64,000 nt of DNA from an uncultured delta proteobacterium (GCA_963778655.1 CAVZVA010000002.1:352001-416000), one strand, 5' to 3'; shown: positions 50,421 to 60,069, counted from the first letter of the stretch. Notes: generated by a model from the letters alone, not told the origin. Translations and numbers: made by a program.

Positions 50421-51164
50421 TCAGCGCCGCCGGTCGAGCACGATGCGCAGCACGTACCAGAACAGCAGCATGACCGAGGCGAACAGCGCGAGCGCCGCCG
50501 CCACGTGCTGGCTGGTGCGGTAGCGCAGCATCACGTTCGAGGTGTCGTACAGGATGTAACCGCAGGCGAACGCGATCATCGCGTAGCTGAAGAACATTCC
50601 GAGCGTGAAGCCGAAGATCAGCGAAAGCACGATCAGGCCGAGCGCGGCGATGCCGGCGAGCGCCAGCACGCCCCGCAGAAACGAGAAGTCCTTGCGCGTC
50701 ACGAACACGATGCCGGTCAGCGAGGTGAACATCATCAGCGTGATCAGCGCGGCCTTGGACAGCAGGTTCTCGCCGTTCTGCGCTCCCACCACGACCGCCG
50801 CCGCGATCATCGGCAGAAACAGGATCGATTCGGCCGCGGTGAACAACGCCAGCCCCGCGTACTGCTTGCCCACCGACGTGCTCGACAGCGCCCAGCGGTC
50901 CGCCAGGTAGCCCACCCCGATGAAGGCACCGAGCACGAGCATCCAGGCCAGGCGGCCGGCCATCACGAAGCGCAACATGGTCTGCGCGACGGGCGTGGCG
51001 AACCACAGGGCCTCGAGCAGCGTAAAGGCGACGATCGCGCCCAGCAGGTGCAGGTAGGTCTTGGTGATAAAGGCCGCGCGCTGCTCGGCCGAGGCCTGCG
51101 CGACGACCGGTGCGCTCTGGCGGGCGTGCGCGGCCCATGACTGATCTTGCGTGCGTGAGTCCAT
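50421..51164 (-). CDS. Bax inhibitor-1/YccA family membrane protein
   Basis: RAAFITKTYLHL, TRKDFSFL, ILYDTS; about 7 TMs. Confidence 0.92.
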   Translation of the reverse strand: MDSRTQDQSWAAHARQSAPVVAQASAEQRAAFITKTYLHLLGAIVAFTLLEALWFATPVAQTMLRFVMAGRLAWMLVLGAFIGVGYLADRWALSSTSVGKQYAGLALFTAAESILFLPMIAAAVVVGAQNGENLLSKAALITLMMFTSLTGIVFVTRKDFSFLRGVLALAGIAALGLIVLSLIFGFTLGMFFSYAMIAFACGYILYDTSNVMLRYRTSQHVAAALALFASVMLLFWYVLRIVLDRRR

Positions 51165-51243
51165 CCTCAATCTCCTGGCGCGCAGCCCCTCGCACGCGCG
51201 GCCATGACTTTGCCACGGATCGTCGCCGGGCGCGAACCAGCCC

Positions 51244-52104
51244 TCACTGGCGCACGGCCGAGGCCGAGCTCTGATTGGTGATGGCGGGGCTGCCGCTGCC
51301 GGGCAGCACCGCCCGCGCGTTCGCCAGCAGGTTGCGCACCGCCTGAAACGCGTTCGGCTCGTAGTCCGCCTCGACCATCTCCATGCCGTCGAGCACCGCG
51401 TAGTAGCCGAGCTCCATGCGCAGCTCGCCCATCAGGTGGTTGCTCGAGAGCTCGAGCGTCGCGGGCTTGTCGCGCGTGTCGACGAAGCCCACCTCCTGAT
51501 AGCTCTGCTGGCTGGTGTAGTAGCGAAAGTGGTGCTGTTGCGTGCCGCCGTTGGGGGACAGGTAGTTGCCTTCGAGATAGACCGCGCGGCCGACCATCGG
51601 CACGTCGAGCGGCAGGTCGACCGCGTCGCGATCCGCCTGATCGATCCAGATTCGCGTCTTGCAATACTGCCCGGCGGGCGGCTCCATGCGCGCCAGCGAG
51701 ACCACGCTGTTGTCCTTGTCCATCAGATCGATCACGTGCGGTACGCCGAGCACGGTCGGGGTGCTGGCCACGTGCGCGTACGCGATCGACGGGCCCAGCA
51801 ACCCCCGCAGCTCCTGCCAGAGGCGCGCCTGCTCGCACGGCAGCAGCTCCACGCGGCTGAGCACGACGTAGGCCTTCTGCAGCGTGATGGCGTAGCCGCG
51901 ATCGGTCGTGAAGCTGCGCTCGGCACCGGCCGGATTGGCCGCCGCTTGCGTGTCCGCCCCCGGCAGGTGCATCACTCCGATCTCGACCGCAGTGCCGTCC
52001 TGGTGCGTGGTGCAGCGCGCGAGCACGGGCAACAGCGCGGCCAGCGCCAGCGCACCGGAAAGCCGCGCGGCCCACGACCGCGCGCGTGCCCTGCTACAGG
52101 TCAT
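51244..52104 (-). CDS. Hypothetical lipoprotein
   Basis: Signal with Cys; FTTDRGYAITLQKAYVVLSRVELLPC, internal AYAH, PPAGQYC. Confidence 0.8.
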   Translation of the reverse strand: MTCSRARARSWAARLSGALALAALLPVLARCTTHQDGTAVEIGVMHLPGADTQAAANPAGAERSFTTDRGYAITLQKAYVVLSRVELLPCEQARLWQELRGLLGPSIAYAHVASTPTVLGVPHVIDLMDKDNSVVSLARMEPPAGQYCKTRIWIDQADRDAVDLPLDVPMVGRAVYLEGNYLSPNGGTQQHHFRYYTSQQSYQEVGFVDTRDKPATLELSSNHLMGELRMELGYYAVLDGMEMVEADYEPNAFQAVRNLLANARAVLPGSGSPAITNQSSASAVRQ

Positions 52105-53014
52105 AGGCCGCCCCCAGCATCGCGAACAGCCCCTCGTCGTGATAGCCGTAGAGCGCGTTCACGACCGGGATGTGCAGGTCCAGGTTGAACACCAGGTCGG
52201 TCAGCGGGCTCCAGACCAGCGACGGCACCCCGAACAGGATGAAGCCGCCGGTGTCGGGCTCGTAGCCCTGCGCGTTCTTGCTGCGCGCCTCCAGCCGGAA
52301 CTCGGCGCCCGCGCGCAAGGCGAAGTGATGGCCGAGCTGGTACTGCAGCGTGTGCGTGCCGCGCCAGGAGGTGCCCACGCGGTAGTCCGCCGTGCCCTGG
52401 GTCGGGATGTACACCACCTCGCTCGCGTACACCGACCACGGGTCGGCGAAGAACGCGTAGGACACGCCGGCCAGCGGATCGAACGAGCCGCTTCCGGCTT
52501 GCAGCTCGGGCGCGCGGTAGGCACCGTTCGAGTCGCGCTCGATCGGTCCGGTCGGGATCCGCAGGCCCGCGATCAGGCCGAGCAGGTGGTGTGGCGCGAA
52601 GTCGCGGTCGCGCCACACGAACGCGCGCGCGCGCAGCTCGGTGTCGCCCGGCGTGATCAGCATGTCCTTGGACAGATCCACGTAGGTGAGCTCGCGCCGG
52701 AGCAGCGGCAGCGACGCCGACAGCATCAGCCAGCTCACCGGCGCGTAGGCCACCGAGAGCGCGAGCCGCTCCTCGTTGAGCTTCACCTGGTTGACGTGTG
52801 GCTGGCCGAGCGCGTCGGTGCGATACTGCAGCTCGAGCGCCAGCCGCAGCCGCTGGTCGAAGGGCTGCTGGGCGCCCATCACGGTCAGCGTCGGGTCGCC
52901 AGTCTCGCACATCGAGCAAGCCGCGGCCGTTCGCGGCAGCGCTGCCGAGCAGGCGAGCGCGCAACCGACCCCCAACAGCAAAAGAGGGGTTCGCTTGCGT
53001 GCTCCACGAGCCAT
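52094..53014 (-). CDS. Outer-membrane beta-barrel channel with N-terminal CxxC
   Basis: Signal peptide then CSMCETGDP; GDTELRAR, GLRIPTG, LQAGSGSFD; alternating strands ending AAYDL. Confidence 0.8.
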   Translation of the reverse strand: MARGARKRTPLLLLGVGCALACSAALPRTAAACSMCETGDPTLTVMGAQQPFDQRLRLALELQYRTDALGQPHVNQVKLNEERLALSVAYAPVSWLMLSASLPLLRRELTYVDLSKDMLITPGDTELRARAFVWRDRDFAPHHLLGLIAGLRIPTGPIERDSNGAYRAPELQAGSGSFDPLAGVSYAFFADPWSVYASEVVYIPTQGTADYRVGTSWRGTHTLQYQLGHHFALRAGAEFRLEARSKNAQGYEPDTGGFILFGVPSLVWSPLTDLVFNLDLHIPVVNALYGYHDEGLFAMLGAAYDL

Positions 53015-53102
53015 CGGCCGTCACTCCTCGTCCCGGCACCTTGCCGCCGACCGTGGATCCGGACACGTCCCTATGGTTGTGCCCCCGCGGTCCGCCAACA
53101 AT

Positions 53103-53117
53103 GCGGCTATTTGTCGC
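53103..53117. promoter_or_regulatory. RegA/RegR-type box upstream of the beta-barrel gene
   Basis: GCGGC-TATTT-GTCGC. Confidence 0.7.
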
Positions 53118-53193
53118 ACCCTACCCCGCCGCCGGCACCCAGGCTGCGCAGCTTGACGGCGCCGCGCCGACTCGCTAACGATCCCGGGCCGTT

Positions 53194-53266
53194 GCGGGCA
53201 TAACTCAGTTGGTAGAGTGGCAGCTTCCCATGCTGCAAGTCGTGGGTTCGAATCCCATTGCCCGCT
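53194..53266 (+). tRNA. tRNA-Gly (CCC)
   Basis: Acceptor GCGGGCA/TGCCCGC, D arm CTC-AGTTGGTA-GAG, anticodon arm GCAGC-TTCCCAT-GCTGC, T arm GTGGG-TTCGAAT-CCCAT; followed by CCG, so CCA is not fully encoded. Confidence 0.97.
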
Positions 53267-53327
53267 CCGAGATCATTCAGGATTCAGCGACGAGGGGCCT
53301 GCCGGAGGCACCCGAGCGGCTGCCCGG

Positions 53328-54281
53328 CTACCTGCGCGGTACGCCGAAACCTGCGAAGAACCCGGGGTCGTAGGCGCCGTCGGGATTTTGGCGCACGAGC
53401 TGGTCGAGCAGCTTGGCGTCCTCGCCGACCAGGATGCGAAAGCGGCCCTCGCGCACCCCGTCGAGGATGATGCTCGCGGCGCCAGCGGCCGAGAGCGGGG
53501 CCTTGTCGCGGAAGTCCGCCAGCCGCTGGGCCATGAAGGCGCGCAGCTGGTCGTCGCTGAGCGCATCGACCGGCGCGCCCTGCCGGGCCGCGGCCGCGCG
53601 CAGGACTGCGACCTCGCCCGCGCTCATCTCGGAGGCTGCGGGCTTGCCCAGCACCGCGCGCGAGTTGATCGCGATGTCGGTGCCTACGTGCCCGGGCATC
53701 ACCAGCGCCACCTTGACGTGCGGCGCGTGCACGCGCAGGTCGGTGAGCAGCCCCTCCGAGAATCCCTTCACGGCGAACTTCGCGGTGCTGTAGGCGGTGT
53801 GCGGAACGCCGGTGCCGAGGCAGGCCCAGAAGCCGTTGACGCTGCTGGTGTTGACGATGCAGGCTTCGTCGCTGGCTACAAGAAGCGGCATGAACGCGCG
53901 CGCGCAGTAGTACACCCCGAACCAGCACACCGCGAAGGTCTTGTCCCAGTCGGCGCGATCGTCCTTCAAGAAGCTGCCGGCGCCGCCGATGCCCGCGTTG
54001 TTGAACAGCAGGTGGACGTGATCGGCGGCGTGCGCGGCTTTGACCGCGTCGCGGAAGGCCAGCACCTGCCCCTCGTCGGAGACGTCGCAGCGATGGCTGC
54101 TGACGCGCACGCCCTGCGGCGCGAGCTGCTCGCAGGCGCGCTTGGTGTCGGCCATGTTGGGCTCGGAGACGTCGCAGAAGGCGACGTGACAGCCCTGGCT
54201 GGCGAGCTGCTTGGCCAGCTCGCGTCCCATGCCCGTGCCGGCTCCGGTGATCACCGCCAGCTTGTCGCGGAAGCTCTGCAT
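53328..54281 (-). CDS. SDR family oxidoreductase
   Basis: TGAGTGMG, FNNAGI, NTSS, YSTAK. Confidence 0.95.
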   Translation of the reverse strand: MQSFRDKLAVITGAGTGMGRELAKQLASQGCHVAFCDVSEPNMADTKRACEQLAPQGVRVSSHRCDVSDEGQVLAFRDAVKAAHAADHVHLLFNNAGIGGAGSFLKDDRADWDKTFAVCWFGVYYCARAFMPLLVASDEACIVNTSSVNGFWACLGTGVPHTAYSTAKFAVKGFSEGLLTDLRVHAPHVKVALVMPGHVGTDIAINSRAVLGKPAASEMSAGEVAVLRAAAARQGAPVDALSDDQLRAFMAQRLADFRDKAPLSAAGAASIILDGVREGRFRILVGEDAKLLDQLVRQNPDGAYDPGFFAGFGVPRR

Positions 54282-54540
54282 CGCGTCGTCCTTCCCGGGT
54301 TGTGCCGTTGGCCGCCGCCCGCGCTGCCGCGCAGCGGGCTTTCCGCACGATACCCCGCCGGCAAACGCCGGCGCAGCGCCAAAGTTGCCTGCGGTGCCAC
54401 GACCGACCCGATCCGGGCGGGCTGACGGCCGCGGGGAGCGGGCGGCCCGACCGGACCGGCGCCGCGGCGGCCAATCGCCTACACCCGCAGGCCGGCGCGC
54501 GGGTTGATTGGAGACAACGGGCCGCGCGGGCCGGGCGCGC

Positions 54541-54556
54541 TGGCACCGCCTATGCA
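54541..54556 (+). promoter_or_regulatory. Putative sigma-54 promoter
   Basis: TGGCAC-CGCCT-ATGCA (GG-N10-GC) about 25 nt before the ATG. Confidence 0.5.
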
Positions 54557-54581
54557 TGAGCACCTCGGTGGAGGCACGGGC

Positions 54582-55481
54582 ATGAAACACAACACGCTGG
54601 CAGTCGGCGGGGGTCTCGTCCTGCTATTCGCGAGCCCGGCAGCCGCGCAGCTGAGCCCGCCGCCGCAGAGCGGGGTGCGTGCTCCGAGCGAACTACGCGC
54701 GGACGGGTTGACCACCCGCTCGATCGACGCCGAGGTCGCGGGCGACCATCGGGGCGCGCTCGCATTCGCGGATGAGGCGATTCGCGCCAGCCAGGGCGAT
54801 CCGTGGGGTCACTACGTGCGCGCCGACGCCCTGGTTTCGCTGGGACGCACCGACCAGGCGCTGGCCGCATACCGCGCTGCGGAAAGCGCCTTCTCGGAGG
54901 ACGACCCCTGGGGCAAATCGCTCGCCATCTGGGGCCAGGCCAATGCGCTGCAAAACGTGGGCCGCTGCCAGGACGCGTCCCCGCTCTACCAGCGCTACGC
55001 GGGCTTCGTGGCGGACCGCGACGAGGCGGCCGCCGGGCTGGCGAAGAAGTACGCGGCCAGGACGTGCCAGCCCCCACCGCCGCCGCGCTATACAGCGCTC
55101 CAGGTGGAGGCGGCGAGCGCCGAAATCGGGGGCAATCCGCAGCGATCGCTGCAGCTCGCCGACGCGGCGCTGCGCGCCGACGCGGGCGACGGATGGAGCT
55201 ACTTCCTGCGTGGAGACGCGCTGCTGTCGCTGCACCGCTTCGACGAAGCCGTGGCCGCCTATCGCGCCGCCGAGCAGCGCTTTCCAGCAAGCGAAGCCTG
55301 GGAAACCTCGCTCGCGATCTGGGGCCAGGCCAACGCGCTGAAGGAAGCCGGGCGCTGCGCCGAGGCTGCGCCGATCTACATGCGCTACGCGACGTTCGTC
55401 GAAAAGCGCGATCGAGCGGGCGCGGCCCTGGGGCGCCAATACGCGCAGCGGCAATGTGCCCCGGTTGCGACGCCCAAGTGA
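54582..55481 (+). CDS. Secreted TPR protein with a tandemly duplicated ~130 aa module
   Basis: GGAGG RBS; signal peptide; SLAIWGQANAL...GRC occurs twice. Confidence 0.85.
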   Translation: MKHNTLAVGGGLVLLFASPAAAQLSPPPQSGVRAPSELRADGLTTRSIDAEVAGDHRGALAFADEAIRASQGDPWGHYVRADALVSLGRTDQALAAYRAAESAFSEDDPWGKSLAIWGQANALQNVGRCQDASPLYQRYAGFVADRDEAAAGLAKKYAARTCQPPPPPRYTALQVEAASAEIGGNPQRSLQLADAALRADAGDGWSYFLRGDALLSLHRFDEAVAAYRAAEQRFPASEAWETSLAIWGQANALKEAGRCAEAAPIYMRYATFVEKRDRAGAALGRQYAQRQCAPVATPK

Positions 55482-55496
55482 CCGCGTCGGGCGACG

Positions 55497-56003
55497 TCAG
55501 AGCCGCGCCAGCCACATGCGCAGGCGCAAGCCGAGCTCTGTGGTGTAGCCGACCTCGACCTGGCGCACGATGCCGCGCGCGTCGATCACGAAGCTGGTGG
55601 GAAAGGCGCGGACGCCAAAGCGGCGCGCCAGCTCGCCGCGGGTGTCCACCACCACCTTCAGCGAGAGCCCGCGCTCGCGCAGGTAGGCAGCGACGTGCGC
55701 CGCGGGTCCCGACTGGCTGGCCACCGTGAGCACCGGGAGATCGCGCGAGACCGCGACGAGATTGCTCTGCTCGGCCTGGCACACGCGGCACCAGGTCGCC
55801 CAGAAGCACAGCAGCAGCGGCCGGCCCCGATAATGCACCAGCGAGACCGCGCTGCCGTCGAGCGCGGTGGCCTCGAAGGCGGGCGCCGGCCCGCTGGCTG
55901 CGCCGCGCTGCTGGTAAGCCTGCAGCGCAAAGTAGACCAGCGCGAACAGCGCGACGTCTCGCCCCAGGACCAGCCATCTGCGGTCGCGCAGCCGAACACG
56001 CAT
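55497..56003 (-). CDS. TlpA-like redoxin / thiol-disulfide oxidoreductase
   Basis: FWATWCRVC, cis-Pro motif AFPT, N-terminal TM. Confidence 0.9.
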   Translation of the reverse strand: MRVRLRDRRWLVLGRDVALFALVYFALQAYQQRGAASGPAPAFEATALDGSAVSLVHYRGRPLLLCFWATWCRVCQAEQSNLVAVSRDLPVLTVASQSGPAAHVAAYLRERGLSLKVVVDTRGELARRFGVRAFPTSFVIDARGIVRQVEVGYTTELGLRLRMWLARL

Positions 56004-56095
56004 GCGGCCGGTGTAGTGCGCGCGGCAGCGACCGGCAAGCGAGTGCTCGGACCGAGCCCTTGCGGGCCTCGCCGCGACCTGGCTACGGTCGTTGT

Positions 56096-56734
56096 GTGGA
56101 CGCGCTGCTGCTCGATCTCTACGACACGCTGGTGTGGACCGACTGGCCGGCGCTGAGCGAGCCGGTCGCGCGCGGGCTGGGCGTCAGCGCGGAGCGGCTG
56201 CTGAACGCCTACATGCAGACCCGGCCTGCGCGCAGCCGCGGCGAGCACGCGGACCTTGCGGGCGATCTCGGGGCGATCGCAGAGGCGTGCGGCATACGGC
56301 TTGCGCCCGAGGCGCTGCGCGCGCTCGCCCGCGAGCTGGTCGCACTGGGGCGGCGGCACGTGCATCTGTACGACGACGCGCTGCCGTTGCTGCGCCGCGT
56401 GCGCGCGCGCGGCACGCCGGTGGTCCTGGTCAGCAACTGCGATCACGCGACGCGACCGATCGTCGAGCACCTGGGCCTGCCGGACGCATTCGACGCCGTG
56501 GTGCTCTCGTGCGAGGCGGGCAGCGCCAAGCCCGAGGCCGGGATCTTCCTGCAGGCGCTGGGACGGGTGTCGGCGACGCCCGGCAGGGCGCTGTTCGTCG
56601 ACGACCAAGCCCGCTACCTGGACGGCGCGGCGGCGCTGGGCATGCGCACGCTGCGGATCGCGCGCCACCCTGACGCCGCCCGAGCTCCGGGCGGAGCGCA
56701 CGCCGTGATCCGGAGCTTCGCCGAGATCGGCTGA
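56096..56734 (+). CDS. HAD family hydrolase
   Basis: DLYDTL, VSN, AKPEAGIF, FVDD, ALGM. Confidence 0.9.
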   Translation: MDALLLDLYDTLVWTDWPALSEPVARGLGVSAERLLNAYMQTRPARSRGEHADLAGDLGAIAEACGIRLAPEALRALARELVALGRRHVHLYDDALPLLRRVRARGTPVVLVSNCDHATRPIVEHLGLPDAFDAVVLSCEAGSAKPEAGIFLQALGRVSATPGRALFVDDQARYLDGAAALGMRTLRIARHPDAARAPGGAHAVIRSFAEIG

Positions 56735-56803
56735 GCGCGGCCCCGGGCAGGCACTCGCCGGCGGAGGGTTGCGAAATTTTGGCCGATCGGCCAAAATACT
56801 CCC

Positions 56804-57994
56804 ATGCCCCCACTCGGGACTGGCCTCGGCCTGACTGCCGCGCTGCTGGCGACCGCACTGGTGTGCCTGTGGTCGGTGCTGGCGGTCGCCGTGCTGGCGC
56901 GGGTGCGCCTGCGCGGCCCCGCGACCCCGCCCGGGCCCGCCACCGCCCCGGAGCCGATCAGCGTGCTCAAGCCGCTCTGCGGCGTGGACCAGGCGCTCGA
57001 GGCGAGCCTGCGCAGCTTCTTCGAGCAGCGCTACCCGGACTACGAGATCGTGATCGGCGTGCAGGACCCGGACGACCCGGCGCTGGCGGTGGCGCGCAAG
57101 CTCAAGGCGGAGTATCCGCAGCGGGCCTGCCGCATCGTGGTGCACAACGGCGACGGCCTGAACCCCAAGGTCGCCAACCTGCGCGGCATGCTGGCCGCAG
57201 TCAGCCACGACCTGCTGGTGATCAGCGACTCGAACGTGGCGGTGAAACCGGGCTGGCTCGGCGAGCTGGCGGCCGAGATCGCGCGCCCCGGCGTCGGCCT
57301 GGTGTTCAACCCCATCGCGGGCGTCGGCGAGCGCACGCTCGGGGCCACGCTCGAGAACCTGCAGCTGTGCGGGCCGGTGGCCGCGGGCGTGGCGGTGCCG
57401 ACCGAGCTGCTCGGTTACCCGGCGGTGGTGGGCAAGTCGATGCTGTTTCGGCGCTCGGTGTTCGAGCGTCTGGGCGGCTTCGAGAGCGTGGCGAGCGTGC
57501 TGGCGGAGGACTACGTGATCGGCCGCATGTTCGCGGCGGCCGGCTACGGCGTGAGCCTGGCCTCCACGCCGGTCTACAACATCAGCCAGTCGACCAGCGT
57601 GCGCGCCTTCTGCGCGCGCCAGCTGCGCTGGGCCATGCTGCGGTTGCGGCTGCAGCCAATCGCCTACGCGCTCGAGCCGCTCACCAGCCCGTTCGCGTTC
57701 GCGCTGCTGCTGGTGCTCGCCGGCCTCGCGCCTTGGCCCGTGCTCGGCTACGGCTTGCTCGCCACCGCGCTACGCGACGCGCTGCTGTTCAGCCTGTTGC
57801 GCGGGCCGCGCGGGCTGCTGCGCGCGCTGCCGCTGCTGCCGCTACGCGAGCTGCTCTCGCTCGCGGTGTGGCTGGCGGCCCCGTGCTTCCGTCACGTGCG
57901 CTGGCGCGGCCACCGGCTGCGACTGAGCGCCGGCACCCGGCTCTACGTCGAGCACCCGCTGCCGCTCCCCCGCCTCCTGCAGATCGAGAGCTGA
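56804..57994 (+). CDS. Ceramide glucosyltransferase / HpnI-like glycosyltransferase
   Basis: SVLKPLCG, NPKVANL, ISDSN, LAEDY, RQLRW, VRWRG. Confidence 0.9.
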   Translation: MPPLGTGLGLTAALLATALVCLWSVLAVAVLARVRLRGPATPPGPATAPEPISVLKPLCGVDQALEASLRSFFEQRYPDYEIVIGVQDPDDPALAVARKLKAEYPQRACRIVVHNGDGLNPKVANLRGMLAAVSHDLLVISDSNVAVKPGWLGELAAEIARPGVGLVFNPIAGVGERTLGATLENLQLCGPVAAGVAVPTELLGYPAVVGKSMLFRRSVFERLGGFESVASVLAEDYVIGRMFAAAGYGVSLASTPVYNISQSTSVRAFCARQLRWAMLRLRLQPIAYALEPLTSPFAFALLLVLAGLAPWPVLGYGLLATALRDALLFSLLRGPRGLLRALPLLPLRELLSLAVWLAAPCFRHVRWRGHRLRLSAGTRLYVEHPLPLPRLLQIES

Positions 57995-58018
57995 GCGCGG
58001 TTTCCGAATCCCAGCCGC

Positions 58019-59095
58019 TCAGTACGCGTTCTGCCGCACTTTGCGCCCGAACACGGTCAGCCAGAGAATGCGCAGGTCGAGCCACAGGCTCCAACTCTTG
58101 ATGTAGTGCAGGTCGTGCTCGACCCGGTAGACCATCTTGCGCAGCGTGTCGGTCTCGCCGCGCCAGCCGTTGACCTGGGCCCAGCCGGTGATGCCGGGCT
58201 TGACCTTGTGGCGCAGCATGTACTCGACGATTTGCCGCCGGTAGAGCTGGTTGTGCGCGACCGCGTGTGGGCGCGGGCCCACCAGGGACATCTCCCCGCG
58301 CACCACGTTGATGAGCTGCGGCAGCTCGTCCAGCGAGCTGCGTCGCAGAAAGCGCCCGAGCCGGGTCACGCGCGGGTCACCCTTCTGCGCCTGGCGCACG
58401 GTGGGGCCGTTCTCCTCGACGCGCATGCTGCGGAACTTGAATACCTCGATTTCTTGCCCGCCACGGCCGTAGCGCCGCTGGCGAAACAGCACCGGCCCCT
58501 TGGAGCCGAGCTTGATCGCGAGCGCGATGCACAGCATGGGCAGCGCGCACAGCAGCAGCCCGAAGCCGCCCAGCACGAGATCGAGCGCACGCTTGACCGG
58601 TCCGTTGATGCCGCGCGATTCGGCCACCACCAGGTCGCGGTACTGCGGCGGCGCCAGGCTCAGCGCCAGCGCCAGCGCCAGCATGTGCGAGTCCTCGCGC
58701 AGGTCGATGGTGCCGTCCGCGTCGCAGACCTTGCGCGTGAGCTCGAGCATGCGCCGCGAGGTGGTGTGCGCGCGGCTCTCGAAGTCGGCGACCGCGCTCT
58801 GCAGGTCGAAGCGCTCGGGATCGAATTCGGAAAGCTGGCGCTCGAGCGGCTCGGGCAGCATGTCGCTGCCGACGAGCTGACACAACAGCCCGCGCACGGT
58901 GAGCCGCTCCTGCTCGCAGAAGACTCCGTCGGCGTGCGCCGCGCCCAGCATCAGGTTCGCGACCGGACGGATGCTGTCGTAGTCCTCGGGCATGTCGGGC
59001 GACGAGACCACGCTGCCGCGCGAGCCCGCGATGCGGAACGGCGTGCGGTACTGGCGACTCTGGCGGCTGTCGCGGTCGTCGATCTCGTCGCTCAC
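58019..59095 (-). CDS. Polyprenyl-phosphate sugar phosphotransferase (Bac_transf, WcaJ-like C-domain) fused to an N-terminal TerB-like domain
   Basis: KRALDL, KFRSM, SLDELPQLINV.RGEMSLVGPRP, KPGITGWAQVNGWRG; N-terminal AAHADG..E and CDADG..E. Confidence 0.88.
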   Translation of the reverse strand: MSDEIDDRDSRQSRQYRTPFRIAGSRGSVVSSPDMPEDYDSIRPVANLMLGAAHADGVFCEQERLTVRGLLCQLVGSDMLPEPLERQLSEFDPERFDLQSAVADFESRAHTTSRRMLELTRKVCDADGTIDLREDSHMLALALALSLAPPQYRDLVVAESRGINGPVKRALDLVLGGFGLLLCALPMLCIALAIKLGSKGPVLFRQRRYGRGGQEIEVFKFRSMRVEENGPTVRQAQKGDPRVTRLGRFLRRSSLDELPQLINVVRGEMSLVGPRPHAVAHNQLYRRQIVEYMLRHKVKPGITGWAQVNGWRGETDTLRKMVYRVEHDLHYIKSWSLWLDLRILWLTVFGRKVRQNAY

Positions 59096-59190
59096 GGTGA
59101 CCGCCAGCCTACCACCTGCGCGGCCACGGGCCTATGTGACGGCCGCCACAACGCAGGCGTTTTGTGGGAAACGGGAGCCCCCGCGGCCGG

Positions 59191-60069
59191 TCAAGCCCGG
59201 GGGGCGGGGACGGCCGGCGGGCTGAAGCGCACGCTGACCACCGAGCCCAGCATGATCAGCAGGGCCCCGGCGATGGTCGTGCTCGACGGCACCTCGGCGA
59301 AGAACAGCGCACCCCAGACGGCCGCGAACACCACCTGCAGGAAGCTGTAACTGGCGGCGCGGCCGGCGTGGTCGAGCTGCAGCCCGCGCGTGATCGCGAC
59401 CTGGCCGATCTGGGTGCTCACGCCCAGCAACAAGAGCAGCACCCACTCCCAGCCGACCGGCCACAGCGCCGTGTGCCACATCCCCGGGATTGACGCGGGC
59501 AGCGCCACGAACGGGAAGTAGAACACGATCACCAGCGGGTGCTCGCGCTGGCCGAGCTTGCGTACGATGACGTAGGCGCAGGCGGTGAGCAGCGCGCCAC
59601 CCACGGCCGCCATCAGTGCCAGCGTGGGGACCGCGCCGTGTCCCGAAGACAACAGCGTCGCCGGCCGCAGGATCACCAGCAGGCCCCCCATGCTCAACGC
59701 GATCGAGACCAGGGTGGCGGGGTGGAGGCGCTCGCGCAGCACCAGCGCCGCGAGCAGCGCCGTGAACGCCGGATGCAGGTACTGCAGCAGCGTGGCCTCG
59801 GCCAGCGGCATGTGCGTGACCGCGTAGTACACGCACGACAGGGCGAGAAATCCGGTCAAGCCGCGCAGCCACAGCAGCGGGCTGCGGCTGCCGAGCAGCG
59901 GCACTCTGGCCCGTCGCAGCGCGACGTAGCTCAGCACCAGGGTGACGGCGGCGCGGGCGGTGACCAACTCCTGCGACGGAAGCCGGCGGCCGGCCAGCTT
60001 GACGAACAGGGTCATCACGCTGAACGCGAACGCGCTCAGCACCATGTAGCGCGCGCTTCGCGATAACAT
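59191..60069 (-). CDS. DMT/EamA family transporter
   Basis: Ten TMs in two repeats; LAEAT...P.F...LRER. Confidence 0.92.
   Translation of the reverse strand: MLSRSARYMVLSAFAFSVMTLFVKLAGRRLPSQELVTARAAVTLVLSYVALRRARVPLLGSRSPLLWLRGLTGFLALSCVYYAVTHMPLAEATLLQYLHPAFTALLAALVLRERLHPATLVSIALSMGGLLVILRPATLLSSGHGAVPTLALMAAVGGALLTACAYVIVRKLGQREHPLVIVFYFPFVALPASIPGMWHTALWPVGWEWVLLLLLGVSTQIGQVAITRGLQLDHAGRAASYSFLQVVFAAVWGALFFAEVPSSTTIAGALLIMLGSVVSVRFSPPAVPAPRA

Noticed and set aside
53194..53330. Integrative element at tRNA-Gly
   Set aside because: No integrase, and no duplicated tRNA 3' end seen in the window.
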